From positions 1 to 64,000 of IMG/VR virus record IMGVR_UViG_3300032234_001062: DNA of 64,000 nt; one strand, written 5' to 3'. This DNA comes from a virus (taxonomy: Duplodnaviria > Caudoviricetes). The notes beneath the pieces were generated by a model, which did no database searches, was not told where the DNA came from, and was given only the letters and a program-made list of their open reading frames with translations. The position numbers and the translations under genes are program-made. Positions 46,801 through 56,900 of this stretch are shown here, one piece after another; within the stretch, counting starts at the first letter, position 1, and each line of letters begins with the position of its first letter.

Positions 46801-47148
46801 AAAAAATCTTTAAATGCTTTACCTAGCGATAATTTTTCTTCTGAATTTTATAATTATCAAGATTTATCTAATCGTTATAATTTAGAATTAGCGCAATCTG
46901 CTGGTAATTTTGATGCTGAATTAAAAATATTAGGAGAACCTGCATTTACTTTTGATTTTCTTCCAATAGGTTTTATATTAATTAAAGTTAATAATTTTGA
47001 TGGTACTTTAAATGAATTTTTATCTGGTATTTATAGAATTGTTAAAATGAAACATGAAATAGAAAAAGGTAATTTTTTTACAACTTTATCTTTACAATAT
47101 GTATTAGAATCATATCGTGGAGATAAAGGAAAAATTAAAAATGGGTAA
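43867..47148 (+). CDS. Baseplate hub protein (gp27/gpD-like) with large insertions
   Basis: IESFSIEY…FRLTVSDTSG, NIEFGW at the N-terminus; AELKILGEP…LSGIYRIVKMKHEI..GNFFTTLSL at the C-terminus; precedes the tape measure gene. Confidence 0.68.
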   Translation: MPQIKVIHNNFLLLIGARNPEDRNEGSTAKSSNWLLDSVNSFVNTTAEYIKEKTGRTSADDKNTVKKEKSDSTSTKKNETNANKSNGITIETPKRTGQRLLKQTVTNSGNKNESSLQQNSEQVSDKKTEDIAPKKQNNESVTNSKGSSSGSINTADTTSNTNNINSGQGGYSPLPSNYGDNYTDNFYLNNYKSTDYDSSKGAFLTEKNNNQLETVKGEPKTFKIDPDKQEDIKKIKEELKKKVPLLNLNNVKISNKKPLFIKSYSAHHFLNPYIRCYIVIKNFNDEFSFRENLETTFFDIPYNMIESFSIEYASQSAINGNFRLTVSDTSGVIGNIFTAMLYSLGYNADLINGVPKINIEFGWSTKGLKRLPKREKNRMLTKNFFSEFLVIGIDMNYDQKFKQEIVISGRQEKTSISALLDDPNSKITPYALLGQYPTEALKMLVYHNVLRNASISKVDNQKFIDDVFKPNKNNAKELSKQHNDAINEFKTCSFNPNFFGKKIKEDQKKLLSDFRPQIATLIQPNTFFNSFTFNNTKNIEKILAIKSQNLTNIQSQSYFSPFLLFSFMLNMYINEVIKEEAELSSYILSFVDFTNVKWGISTPGTTKISQIDTFETLCSYEYNASINRLNSKQESFLNSNNFKLSPKDTWGEVLELLISKIFISETNPPERLFMVHNKYTSQNINSDPTKERTYTEFDDLKAKGRLNYSLRSKDTLLQHIDLVVESLEKNKDNSKKNNNDVIVKSLKAEKTKIEEFIATNTDFIFFVISPGASFVTEKNLQSFLILQQYTVFPKINSSKNLSYQNFNSGKKRLRDESFPDVISFQPKINFLNTIADHINHVSDIELSTGFLKAAESTISIKFDKENESKKTLKELIEEINKILKTDADSTLKITLNTEGYYQINDFTSATVNSENLKLINEYITKHTISKLTQKQKKDFNSDDYKEIVTRFENLKNEIEQKRKKIAYGYHFDKLNTIFKKSLNALPSDNFSSEFYNYQDLSNRYNLELAQSAGNFDAELKILGEPAFTFDFLPIGFILIKVNNFDGTLNEFLSGIYRIVKMKHEIEKGNFFTTLSLQYVLESYRGDKGKIKNG

Positions 47149-47154
47149 TAATAA

Positions 47155-50100
47155 TTGGCAAAAGATCAAATAAGTTTTGAAATTAAATCTAATTTAGATA
47201 AAGTAGCTAAACAAGCAAAAAATTTATCAGATAATGTTAATATACTTTCTAATTCATTTAAAAGAAAAAACATATTATTATCACAACAAAATAAATTAGA
47301 AAATAAAAGTTCTGAATCAGTAAAACAATTAAATAAAGAATATCAAGATTTAAATTCTGGAGTTAAAGGATTTATTGATAAAGGTGCTGAACTTAGAAGA
47401 ATTTATAGAAGCACAGATAACGATATTAAAAAATCAACAAATTCTATGCGAGGCTTTTCTGAACAGATTAAAGGAACAGTCAGCAATGATTATGATAAAG
47501 AATTTGAAAAACAAATAAAAAAAATTAGAGAAATAGAAAATACTATTGCTAACTCAATTATAAAAACATTAGATAGGATTCATAATCTTGGGGTTCAATT
47601 AACTTTAGAAGCTAATCAATTAAAACCATTTGCTATGGAATTTATGAATTCATTTTCTTTTAATCCATTAAAGTTTTTTGGTGCTGGTCAAGCAATGAAA
47701 GAATCTTTTGAATTAATGAAATATTTTCAACAGATGAGACATGAATTAGCAGCATTAAGTGATTCTAGTGGTGATGCATCTAAAGCTGTAAGTTTAGTAT
47801 ATGAAGTTGCTGGAGGAAGCGCAGTTGCTAGTGGAACTGCTACAGGAATTTTAAAGACATTAGCTGATCAAGGTATTATTGTTAATTCTGAATTAAAATC
47901 AATAGGTATTTTAAGTGGTAATTTACAAGCAGCAACTGGTATCGCAGCAAGTACTTGGGCTGGTTTTACTGGAGAATTAGCTTTTAATTATGGTATTCCA
48001 ACAGAAGGATTAGAAAACATTACATCAGCTTTAATTGGTACTAATTTAAGAGGTGCTCAATTAGAAAAAGCAATGCAAAGTGTTAATAAAATTTTACAAA
48101 CAACAGGTTTTATTGCTGGTAAACCAACTACTGAATCAATTCAATCATTAACTAAAGCAGTTGGTGGATCAATGAAAGTTTTTCAATCAATGGGTATTAG
48201 CGCTGAAAAAGCTGGTGGATTTATTGAAGGTATTGTTGATCCAGAAAATTTTGAAAAAAATGCTTTCTTATTTGCTAAAATGGGTATTAATGCTTCTGAA
48301 TATGCTGATTATTTAAATGACGCTGATGGTCAACAGAAATTATTACAAAAAACAATGGAGAATTTACCTAGAGTTGCAAGTGAAATTGCTAATATTCAAA
48401 ATCCATTTGCTAGATTACAATTTGCTAAAACTATTGGTTTAGATATGCAAATCGTTAGAAACATGGCAGGTAAAACTCAAGCTGAAATTCAACAGATGAT
48501 TACTGAATACGAAGCTAAAAATAAGGCTAACGAAGCACTAGAAGAAAAGAAAAAAAGAATGGCGGCTGAGGCTGCTAAATTTGATGATATGATGATGGGT
48601 TTAAAATTAAAAGTTTTAGCACCTATTATGAAATTTTTATCTGATGGAGCACTAAGCGATTTTATTAGTATTTTACCAACTATTGCGGTTACAATTGGTC
48701 GTATTTTTGAAGCTATGGTTCCAATATTAAAAGTTCTTACTGATGGCTTTAATGAATTAGTTCCACTATTTAGTGATTTTGTAGAAAGATTTGTTGCTCC
48801 TTTTGTACAAGCATTTCCAAAAATATTAGAATTTTTACTTAATAAATTACCTTTTATGAATACAAGAGAAGGTGAAACTGGAAATGAAACTCCAGCGCAA
48901 AAATTATTTTTAATAGTAAGTAATATTTTAGGATATTTAACAAAAATTTATCTTTTAGTATTAGCATGGAAAGGATTAAATTTTTTAGGAGATTCTTTTA
49001 ATAAAATTAAAGGATTTTTTGTTCCTGGACAAAAACGAGTTATCGATGCTACAGTAGATGAACTAGCAGGAGCAATTAGAGGCACACCTATGAAAGGTGG
49101 TGGTAATTTACTTAGTATGTTAGGTTTAGGAACTAGAGTATTAGGAGGAATTGGATTAGCACTTGGTGGTGGTTATTTAACAAAAAGTATATATGAGAAA
49201 ATAAGTGGAAATGATGATACTAAAGTACCATTAGGAGAGATGCATAAAGGTGATTTAGCCTCTTCATTTGGATTTCGAGCTTCTACTTATGCTTTACCAA
49301 GTGCATTTGGTGGATTTGGTGTACAAGGACTTAAAAATATATCTGCTGAAGCAAAATTAATGCAAGAACTTGCTAGAACTGGGATGTATAGTAAAGGAGA
49401 ACTTATAAAAGGAGGAGCTGGTAGTGGCTTGAAATTTGTTCGACCATTAGCAATGGGATATGATGCTTATAGAATAGTTTCAGCTGATACTCAAGAAGAA
49501 CAATTAGGTGCTGTTGGAGCATTAAGTGGAGGATTATTAGGTGGAGTATTAGCTGGATCTTTAGCAGCGGCTCTTCCAAGTGGCGGAACATCTTTAGTTG
49601 TTGGCGGATTAATGAGTTTAGGTTTAGCACTTGGAGGTGAAGCTATTATGAGAAAATATGGTGCAAGTTTAGATCTTCAAAGAGCAGGAATTAATAAACA
49701 AATAGATGATAATTTATCTAAAATAAAAGATGGAATTGCTAATGGAATGACTAATATATTTAATGCATTTAATTTAGATAGAATGGATATTGTTGGAAAA
49801 CAAGTTAGTAATTCTATAAATATGATGTTAGATGGTATAATGATGAGATTATCGAAGAGTTTTTTTCTAAGTGGATTATATAAAGTATCAGATACAAGTG
49901 ACGTATCTTCTGGTAAAGTAAATCAAGCTAATAGATATTTTGAGGAATCATTAAAAAAAGCAAATCTAGATGTAATAATTAGTGATTTTAAAAAATTAGA
50001 AAAAGAGCAGGGAACTTTTGGGACGGCAGAGGAAAGAGTTCGAATGTTTGAAGACAGTATTATGAAAACTCTCAAGAGTGATCAAGCTGTATATCTAGCA

Positions 50101-50382
50101 TCATTAAAAAATGCTGGTTTAAGTGAAGATCAAGTTAAAAGTGCACAGTTATTATCTGAAAATATGTTAATAGGAAAACAAACTGAAATGATAACTAAAC
50201 TAAATGAATTAGTAAGACATGGTGAAAAAAACAATCAATATTCTAAAAAAAATATTGAGCAAAATCAAACAATGATTGATCAAAATAAAAAAACTAGTGA
50301 AGATATAGGACAATATATTAGTAACAGTACTAATAATTTAAAGATAAATATTAGTGGTGGATTTTCAAAAATAGCACAATAA
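47155..50382 (+). CDS. Tape measure protein
   Basis: 1075 aa, TTG start; Ala/Gly-rich helical protein with coiled coils and Gly-rich hydrophobic segments; lies between hub and gp48-like genes. Confidence 0.8.
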   Translation: MAKDQISFEIKSNLDKVAKQAKNLSDNVNILSNSFKRKNILLSQQNKLENKSSESVKQLNKEYQDLNSGVKGFIDKGAELRRIYRSTDNDIKKSTNSMRGFSEQIKGTVSNDYDKEFEKQIKKIREIENTIANSIIKTLDRIHNLGVQLTLEANQLKPFAMEFMNSFSFNPLKFFGAGQAMKESFELMKYFQQMRHELAALSDSSGDASKAVSLVYEVAGGSAVASGTATGILKTLADQGIIVNSELKSIGILSGNLQAATGIAASTWAGFTGELAFNYGIPTEGLENITSALIGTNLRGAQLEKAMQSVNKILQTTGFIAGKPTTESIQSLTKAVGGSMKVFQSMGISAEKAGGFIEGIVDPENFEKNAFLFAKMGINASEYADYLNDADGQQKLLQKTMENLPRVASEIANIQNPFARLQFAKTIGLDMQIVRNMAGKTQAEIQQMITEYEAKNKANEALEEKKKRMAAEAAKFDDMMMGLKLKVLAPIMKFLSDGALSDFISILPTIAVTIGRIFEAMVPILKVLTDGFNELVPLFSDFVERFVAPFVQAFPKILEFLLNKLPFMNTREGETGNETPAQKLFLIVSNILGYLTKIYLLVLAWKGLNFLGDSFNKIKGFFVPGQKRVIDATVDELAGAIRGTPMKGGGNLLSMLGLGTRVLGGIGLALGGGYLTKSIYEKISGNDDTKVPLGEMHKGDLASSFGFRASTYALPSAFGGFGVQGLKNISAEAKLMQELARTGMYSKGELIKGGAGSGLKFVRPLAMGYDAYRIVSADTQEEQLGAVGALSGGLLGGVLAGSLAAALPSGGTSLVVGGLMSLGLALGGEAIMRKYGASLDLQRAGINKQIDDNLSKIKDGIANGMTNIFNAFNLDRMDIVGKQVSNSINMMLDGIMMRLSKSFFLSGLYKVSDTSDVSSGKVNQANRYFEESLKKANLDVIISDFKKLEKEQGTFGTAEERVRMFEDSIMKTLKSDQAVYLASLKNAGLSEDQVKSAQLLSENMLIGKQTEMITKLNELVRHGEKNNQYSKKNIEQNQTMIDQNKKTSEDIGQYISNSTNNLKINISGGFSKIAQ

Positions 50383-50398
50383 TTAAAGGAATAATATA

Positions 50399-51136
50399 AT
50401 GGCATCAAGAAATCAAAACATGAGAATTTTTTTTAAAGGTCATCAACCAGGTAGATATCGTTATCAGCCGATGAATGCTTGGAAATTTGGTTTGATAATG
50501 CAAGACCGTAGATTGAGAGGAACAGCTTATGGATTAAGAAAAACACATATTCCTTTTCAATATTTAGGAGAAAATGCTGAATTACCAAATTTACAAAAAA
50601 CAGCTAATTATGATGAAACACAAATTTTAGGTAGATTTGAACCTTTAAAAACTTATAATAATAGTAGTGATATAAAATTTACTTTAAATTTAGTTTATTT
50701 CGCAGATGCAACTGATAGAATTTCACCTACTCCTTTTCCTGGTTCAGAAATACTTGGCCCAGTTCAAAGTCCTTGGACGATTGAGCAGATTAGTCGAATT
50801 AGTGCTAAATTAGAATCATTAGTTTATCCTCAATATGATGGTAAATATTCTCCTCCTAGATATTGTTTACTAAATATTGGAGCTATTTTTATTGATTTTC
50901 CTATAATAATAACTAGTGTTAACATTCAACACATGACTCCTTATAGTACTAGGGATTTAACTCCAATGAGAAGAACAGTGACTCTTGAGTGTTCCTCTTC
51001 TTTTCCACTTTATCAAGCAATAGGTAGTGATTCAATTTTAAATCAAGCTTTAGATAAAGATTTTACAACTGGCCTTACTAATTTTCCAAGAAAGGTTTAT
51101 GCATATCGAAAATTTAAAAGGAATACTAATTTATGA
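50399..51136 (+). CDS. Tail tube initiator/baseplate protein (gp48/gp54, CIS-tube-like)
   Basis: ANYDETQILGRFEP…YNNS…FTLNL, KLESLVYPQY…PP…LNIG…IITSVNI. Confidence 0.7.
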   Translation: MASRNQNMRIFFKGHQPGRYRYQPMNAWKFGLIMQDRRLRGTAYGLRKTHIPFQYLGENAELPNLQKTANYDETQILGRFEPLKTYNNSSDIKFTLNLVYFADATDRISPTPFPGSEILGPVQSPWTIEQISRISAKLESLVYPQYDGKYSPPRYCLLNIGAIFIDFPIIITSVNIQHMTPYSTRDLTPMRRTVTLECSSSFPLYQAIGSDSILNQALDKDFTTGLTNFPRKVYAYRKFKRNTNL

Positions 51137-51468
51137 ACAATCTTTTTGATTATGGAACAATAGTAAATGATTTAGATATTAATAGAAGAACTATCTCATA
51201 TCGTTCTATATGTTATACTCCTAAAATGCCATTACAAAAATATTTATTTAAAACAAATATTTTACAAACTGAGAAGTATCGTCCAGATAAAGTTGCTTAT
51301 CGTTTATTTGAGGATCCAACATTAAGTTGGGTATTAGATGAAATAAATAATCTTTATAGTTTTAAAGATTATTATCCAAATAGAGAAATATATTATTTAG
51401 ATAATAGAGGTTTAAATTTTATTGGCATTGATAGTGATTATGTTCCTTATGATTATGATAATTTTTAA
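51133..51468 (+). CDS. gp53: Baseplate wedge protein gp53-like (LysM-like)
   Basis: EKYRPDKVAYRLFEDPTLSWVLDEINN. Confidence 0.8.
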   Translation: MNNLFDYGTIVNDLDINRRTISYRSICYTPKMPLQKYLFKTNILQTEKYRPDKVAYRLFEDPTLSWVLDEINNLYSFKDYYPNREIYYLDNRGLNFIGIDSDYVPYDYDNF

Positions 51469-51490
51469 AAATTACTATATAATATAAAAA

Positions 51491-52864
51491 ATGGTAGATT
51501 TTCAAAGAAATTCTTTTTCAAGTAATTCATCAATAGAAATAGGATTAATATTAAAAACTAATACATCTCAAGGTGAGTTCTTATCTTATAATGTTTTTAT
51601 TGAGAATTTTCATAATGAAAAAGAATTCACGACCGGTATTCCAATTTTTTCTTTTGGATATAATTCATATACATATATTGTAGGAAGTAGGGTTGTTTGT
51701 CTAATTAAAGATGGTGATTATAATCAAGTAATTATTATTGGACAAATTTACGATAAAAACATTCAAAGAAAAGTTTTACCTCCTACTTCTGGTCAATTAC
51801 AATTATCAACTAGTTCAGGACAAAAAACTGGTTTTGCAGAATTTGGATTTAATGATAAATTTTTAATGTATGCTGGTAATTCAAATTTAAAATTTGATTC
51901 TACATCTTTTGAATTTAAAGTTAATAATGACGTTTCTCTTGGATTTAGTAATTCTGAATTTATTTTAAGATTAAATCGTGATGGAGGAGGATTTTCAATA
52001 AAAGATGATAAAACATTATTTAATAATCCTAATGGATTTTATAGTATTGCCTCTAGTGGACCTATTTATTTTCAGGGACAAAAATTTTCTTTTACTGAAG
52101 GAAACAGCGAGAAACCGCATTTTTTAATTTCAAAAGGATTACATCGACAAATAGGAGTTGAATATTTAAATATTTTTAGTACATATAAATTCAGTGGCGG
52201 TTCTAAAGTTAAAGGAGTTGATGATACAGTTGAATGGAATATGTTAACTGGTAATTATGCAATTAGATTAGGAACTGGTGATTTTAAAGTAAATTTAATG
52301 AATAGTTTAGGTGCAGAAGTATATTTTAAAATTGGAATTGGACCTTTATATTTATCTCAATTTTCTCTTACACAAAGTGCATTAGAAGTAAAAATAGGAA
52401 CTGCTCTTCCTGACTCTTTAAAATTAGGAGGAGGAACGCTAGATATTAAAGTTGGAAATTTTCCAGGATTACAAACTGAATTTTTATTAGAAGATAGTAC
52501 TGCAGAATTAAAAGTTAAAGGTATTTTTGGTGATTCTACTTTTACTCAAAAAACTATCTCAATAAAATTTGAAAATAATTCAACTTTTACAGGAGCTTCT
52601 GCTAGTCTTGAAATAGCAAGTGGTAAATTAATTCTTACTTCAGCATCTAAAGCATTAGGAGGAAGAATAACTCTAGATGGAGAAGTAACTATTACTGGTA
52701 AATTAATAGTTGATAATGAAATTTACAGTAGTAGTGATATTTTTGCTAAGGCTACTATATTAGGAGATTCAGTCTCTAAATCACCGCAAACAGTTGGTCT
52801 TTCTACTCATAAACATCCAACAGCAGTACCTGGACCAGTATCTTCTCCAACACCTGGAACTTGA
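51491..52864 (+). CDS. Baseplate central spike (gp5/gpV/VgrG-like)
   Basis: N-terminal OB-fold-like VGSRVVCLI..GD…IIIGQI, beta-helix-like middle, C-terminal HxH apex LSTHKHP; no lysozyme domain. Confidence 0.75.
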   Translation: MVDFQRNSFSSNSSIEIGLILKTNTSQGEFLSYNVFIENFHNEKEFTTGIPIFSFGYNSYTYIVGSRVVCLIKDGDYNQVIIIGQIYDKNIQRKVLPPTSGQLQLSTSSGQKTGFAEFGFNDKFLMYAGNSNLKFDSTSFEFKVNNDVSLGFSNSEFILRLNRDGGGFSIKDDKTLFNNPNGFYSIASSGPIYFQGQKFSFTEGNSEKPHFLISKGLHRQIGVEYLNIFSTYKFSGGSKVKGVDDTVEWNMLTGNYAIRLGTGDFKVNLMNSLGAEVYFKIGIGPLYLSQFSLTQSALEVKIGTALPDSLKLGGGTLDIKVGNFPGLQTEFLLEDSTAELKVKGIFGDSTFTQKTISIKFENNSTFTGASASLEIASGKLILTSASKALGGRITLDGEVTITGKLIVDNEIYSSSDIFAKATILGDSVSKSPQTVGLSTHKHPTAVPGPVSSPTPGT

Positions 52865-52865
52865 T

Positions 52866-53393
52866 ATGGCATTAAATAAAAGTATTTTAAAAAATAGTTT
52901 ATTAATAATATTTACAACTCCATCTCCAAATAAAACGATGAGTGATCATGCTGACGAATTGGCTGATGCTTATGATACTTACTGTAAACAAGCAGAAACA
53001 GCATACGCAGCAAAATTAATAACTACTGGTAAAACTTCTTTTGCCTCAACTTTTTTAAGTTTAATTAATATTCCTACTCCTATTCTTTCAAATTATGGTT
53101 CAGCGATAGAATCAGCTTGTATATCTTATTGGAATTCTTCAGCTTTTCCAATTTTAACTGGTATACCACCAACAATATCAACTCAAACTATAACAATAAC
53201 TCCTCCAACAGTAACATCAATATCTACAACAATAACTAGTGGATTAAGTCCTGGAGTTAGTGCTAGTGATGCGGCTGAAATTTTATCTAATTCTATGGAT
53301 AATGGAACAAAAACTGTAAAAACAACTCACAAAGGTCCTTCTATAACTTCGCCTTTTCCAGTATTAACAATAGGACCGACTCCTATAATATGA
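52866..53393 (+). CDS. Hypothetical structural protein following the spike
   Basis: Likely start is ATG 52866 (MALNKS), 1 nt after the spike TGA; Thr/Ser/Pro-rich. Confidence 0.5.
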   Translation: MALNKSILKNSLLIIFTTPSPNKTMSDHADELADAYDTYCKQAETAYAAKLITTGKTSFASTFLSLINIPTPILSNYGSAIESACISYWNSSAFPILTGIPPTISTQTITITPPTVTSISTTITSGLSPGVSASDAAEILSNSMDNGTKTVKTTHKGPSITSPFPVLTIGPTPII

Positions 53394-53415
53394 AATATAA
53401 TAAAGGAATAAAAAT

Positions 53416-53718
53416 ATGAAATGTTTATGTTGTGATAAAGAAGCTAAATTAAGACCTAAAATTAAAACAATATATGATAAAGATGATAATCCAATAATAA
53501 TTAAAAAAAAATCTTTTATTTATGAAAAAGATTCTTTTATAGAATATGATGATATTTTAACTGAAGATCAAGAATTGCGAGGAAAATTAGTATCAGTTAC
53601 TTTAGATCAAGAAATTTTTATTGAAAAATTTTTTTGTGAAGAGTGTTATAATTCTTTTTTAAAAAATAAAATAGATGAATTAATAGAACAATTATCTCTT
53701 TTTAGGAACAAAAAATGA
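53416..53718 (+). CDS. Hypothetical protein, possible Zn-binding
   Basis: N-terminal CLCC and C-terminal CEEC; AAGGA SD. Confidence 0.5.
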   Translation: MKCLCCDKEAKLRPKIKTIYDKDDNPIIIKKKSFIYEKDSFIEYDDILTEDQELRGKLVSVTLDQEIFIEKFFCEECYNSFLKNKIDELIEQLSLFRNKK

Positions 53719-53960
53719 GTGAATCAAAAGAAACAAACGAATCAAAAGAAGAATTGAAATTTAAAAAAATTATTGATGAAAATAATTTAATTGAACTTAA
53801 AGGTTTTTTAAACAAAATGAAAATAGTTTTAGAAAATAAATTAGAAGATAAAATAGATGAACTCACTCAATTAAAACAAGATTTACCTCATTTAATTCAT
53901 TTAAAAAGAATGAGTAAATTACAACAGGAAAAAGATAATGACTCCACAAGAAATATCTAG
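53715..53960 (+). CDS. Small coiled-coil hypothetical protein
   Basis: ATGA-coupled to the previous gene; heptad pattern. Confidence 0.5.
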   Translation: MSESKETNESKEELKFKKIIDENNLIELKGFLNKMKIVLENKLEDKIDELTQLKQDLPHLIHLKRMSKLQQEKDNDSTRNI

Positions 53961-56900
53961 AAAAACTTACTCTGAATTATCATCTAAATTTTATTTAGTT
54001 ACATCTGATTTAAGTGGTATTCTTGCTGTAAATAAAATTTGGAATTTATTATATTATAGCGTTAATATAGTTAGAGAAAATTCAGCATTATCTTTTCCAC
54101 CCGTTAATTTTTGTACTAAAATTGATGTAATAAATCAAAATACTTTAAGATTATTTCAACAATACATTTCAAATAAAATTAATGTTGGAGTTGGAGTAAA
54201 TATAAAATTCAATGATATTTTTAATTCTCAATTAATTATTAATCTTCCAACACCCGAAAAAATTGCATTATTAGTCACTATTCCTGATGATGAACAAAAT
54301 AAATTTATTTATAGACAATATATTAGTTCAATAGAAAGTGCATTAAATGATTTTTTAAATAGTGACCAAGAATTATTTTTAATTAATAATAAAAATTCAT
54401 TAGAAGCACTTTGGGGATCGTTGATAGTAGGATTAGAAACTTATAGAAAATATTTTCAACCTTTTGATATTGTAAGTACAATAATTGATTATAATAATGT
54501 ACAAAATATTTTAAGAGAAACAATAGATGAACAAAAAAATTCTGGTTTTTCACCGAATCAAGCTCTTAGCCAATCTATTACATTAGCAAGTAGAATAAAT
54601 GTTGAAAGTCCTGTTGCTTATAATAATTCTGAGTCATGGAAAACATTATTTAATAACGTTCATACATTAGTTTTAAATGCAATAATTACGAATAAAAGAA
54701 CTTTTATGATTAGAAATAGTATTTCATCTAGTCTTGATAATGTTTTAAGTTCAGAAAGAAATATTTTTACATCTAAAGAAAATAGTGCTACAAATTATTC
54801 TTTTGAAGCTTCTGAACATAGTTCAATTAATAAACAAATTAAGTTAGATAATAGTAATATATCTACTAGTAATTGGCAAAATAATTATGTAACATACTAT
54901 AATTCACGAAATGCTTTTACTAGAAGTAAAATAGCATCTATATCTACGAATAATAGTAATAAAATATTAACTTTAGATCCTTATAATGGAATATCAGAAA
55001 ACATTAAAACATTTACATTTCCAACTATTGGTCAAGGAATAATTAATGAAACTGATTTTCCAGCAACTGGAGTTAATTTAACTAGAAATAGTAATAATAG
55101 CGATGTAAATTTATTTTCTCTTACTATTACATCTGGAAGCGCAATAATTAAAACAGCTGATTTTAAATTAAAAGATAATCTTTTTGAAAATAATTATTTA
55201 AAAATAGAAACATTAAAAAATAATTTTTCTTTAAAATATATAAATTTATCAAGAATTAAAACTTTTGAAACAACTTTTCCTGCTAATGGAATTACTTTTA
55301 ATAAGGTAGATAATAATAACATTATTTTATTTAATTCTAAACTAGAATACGTTAATTCTCAAAAAAATCCAACTATTAATCAAAATTACATTTTATCATC
55401 AAATATTTTTAATACAAATTTATTTTCAAAAAGTTTTTCAATAATTAATTCAGAATTTAATAACACTGCTTTTGAAGTGCCTTTTCAATCATTTTATATC
55501 AATAAAAACAATATAGATCTTTTTACATTAAAAATAAATTATAAAAATTCTAATAATAGTTCAAATTATTTATTTAAATTAGATGACACTATTTTTAATA
55601 CTAATAGATTTTTACCTCAAAGCGTTAATTCTCCTAATTCAAAAATTTATTGGCAACCTTATTATGATGATATTAGTTTTAATAATGGAATAGGAATTTA
55701 TCAAGGTACTTCTCAAAATATATCATTAACTGTTGATCAATCTGGAGAGATGTTAATTGATAAATCTTCTACTTGTTCTGGTAATGTTGGCTTTTCTAAT
55801 ATTTTTTATTTAAAAAATAATGAAAAAAACTTAGATATTAATTTCGATTTTGATTATTATATTTCAAGTAGTGGAGATGTTTTATCTCAAGATGAAATTT
55901 CTTTTAAAATCATATCATTAGTTTCAGAAGATATTAACGATGTAGAATCAGTTTATTCTTATTCATTACCTTCTAATCAATTACAATTAGACACTCAATA
56001 TTCAGCTCATTTTACTTTTAAAGCTAAAAATTACACTAGTTATAGAATTTTAATTAATTTTAATAAAAAAGATAATAAAAATTTAAAAATTAAATTTAAA
56101 AATTTTTATGTTGGAATAACATCTTTAAATTCAACCACTTTACCTTATACTAACATAGATGATTTTTTAAATGATTATAATTTATATAATTATAATACAA
56201 TAACATCATCACAATTTTATTTAAATAAAAAAAATATAAACATTTTATCTTTTTATACTGAATTATTAAATAATAATTTAATAGAATCTATTGAATTTAT
56301 AAATGTTAACAATAACTTAAATTGGTTTAATAATAATTCTTCAATACTTAATAATACTATTAATAATCCTTTAATATCAGTTACAAAAAGTAACAATCCA
56401 AATTTAAATTTTACTATTTTAAAAAAATTAAGTAATGTCTTAGGTGGAAAAATATATGCTGATTTTTTTATTAAACCTAATCAAATTAATTTAACTTTAA
56501 ATGTTAAATTCAAATATCAAATTTTTAATAGTAGTTTTTCAACATCTGATTTAACTTTTAAAATAGTAAAAAGTTCAAATAATACATTAATAAAAAGTTT
56601 TTCAATTGATATAAATAATACTACAGTAAATAATATATATTCAGCTAGTTTTGATTTTATTCCAAATGAATCAACTAGTTATCTTTTTTTAATTCAAATA
56701 AATGATCAACAATCAGTAGATATTAATATTAAATTAAGTGAAATTTATATAGGAACTGAAGATTTTTCTGAAACAACTAGAACTTATAAAACAGTTAAAA
56801 GTTTTTTAGAAGATTATAATTTATATAATAGAAATAATAACAATTTATTTACATTAAGTAATGTAAATGATACTAAGATTGGTTTTTATTCTAATGTTTT

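Noticed and set aside
46900-47160. Tail-assembly-chaperone programmed frameshift before the tape measure gene
   Set aside because: The upstream gene is the hub; no chaperone ORF pair or convincing slippery site is present.
33483-53393. Bacterial eCIS/tailocin locus or a giant eukaryotic virus
   Set aside because: A T4 gp20-like portal, tape measure, phage-type dNMP kinase and ligase, and dense operons indicate a tailed phage.
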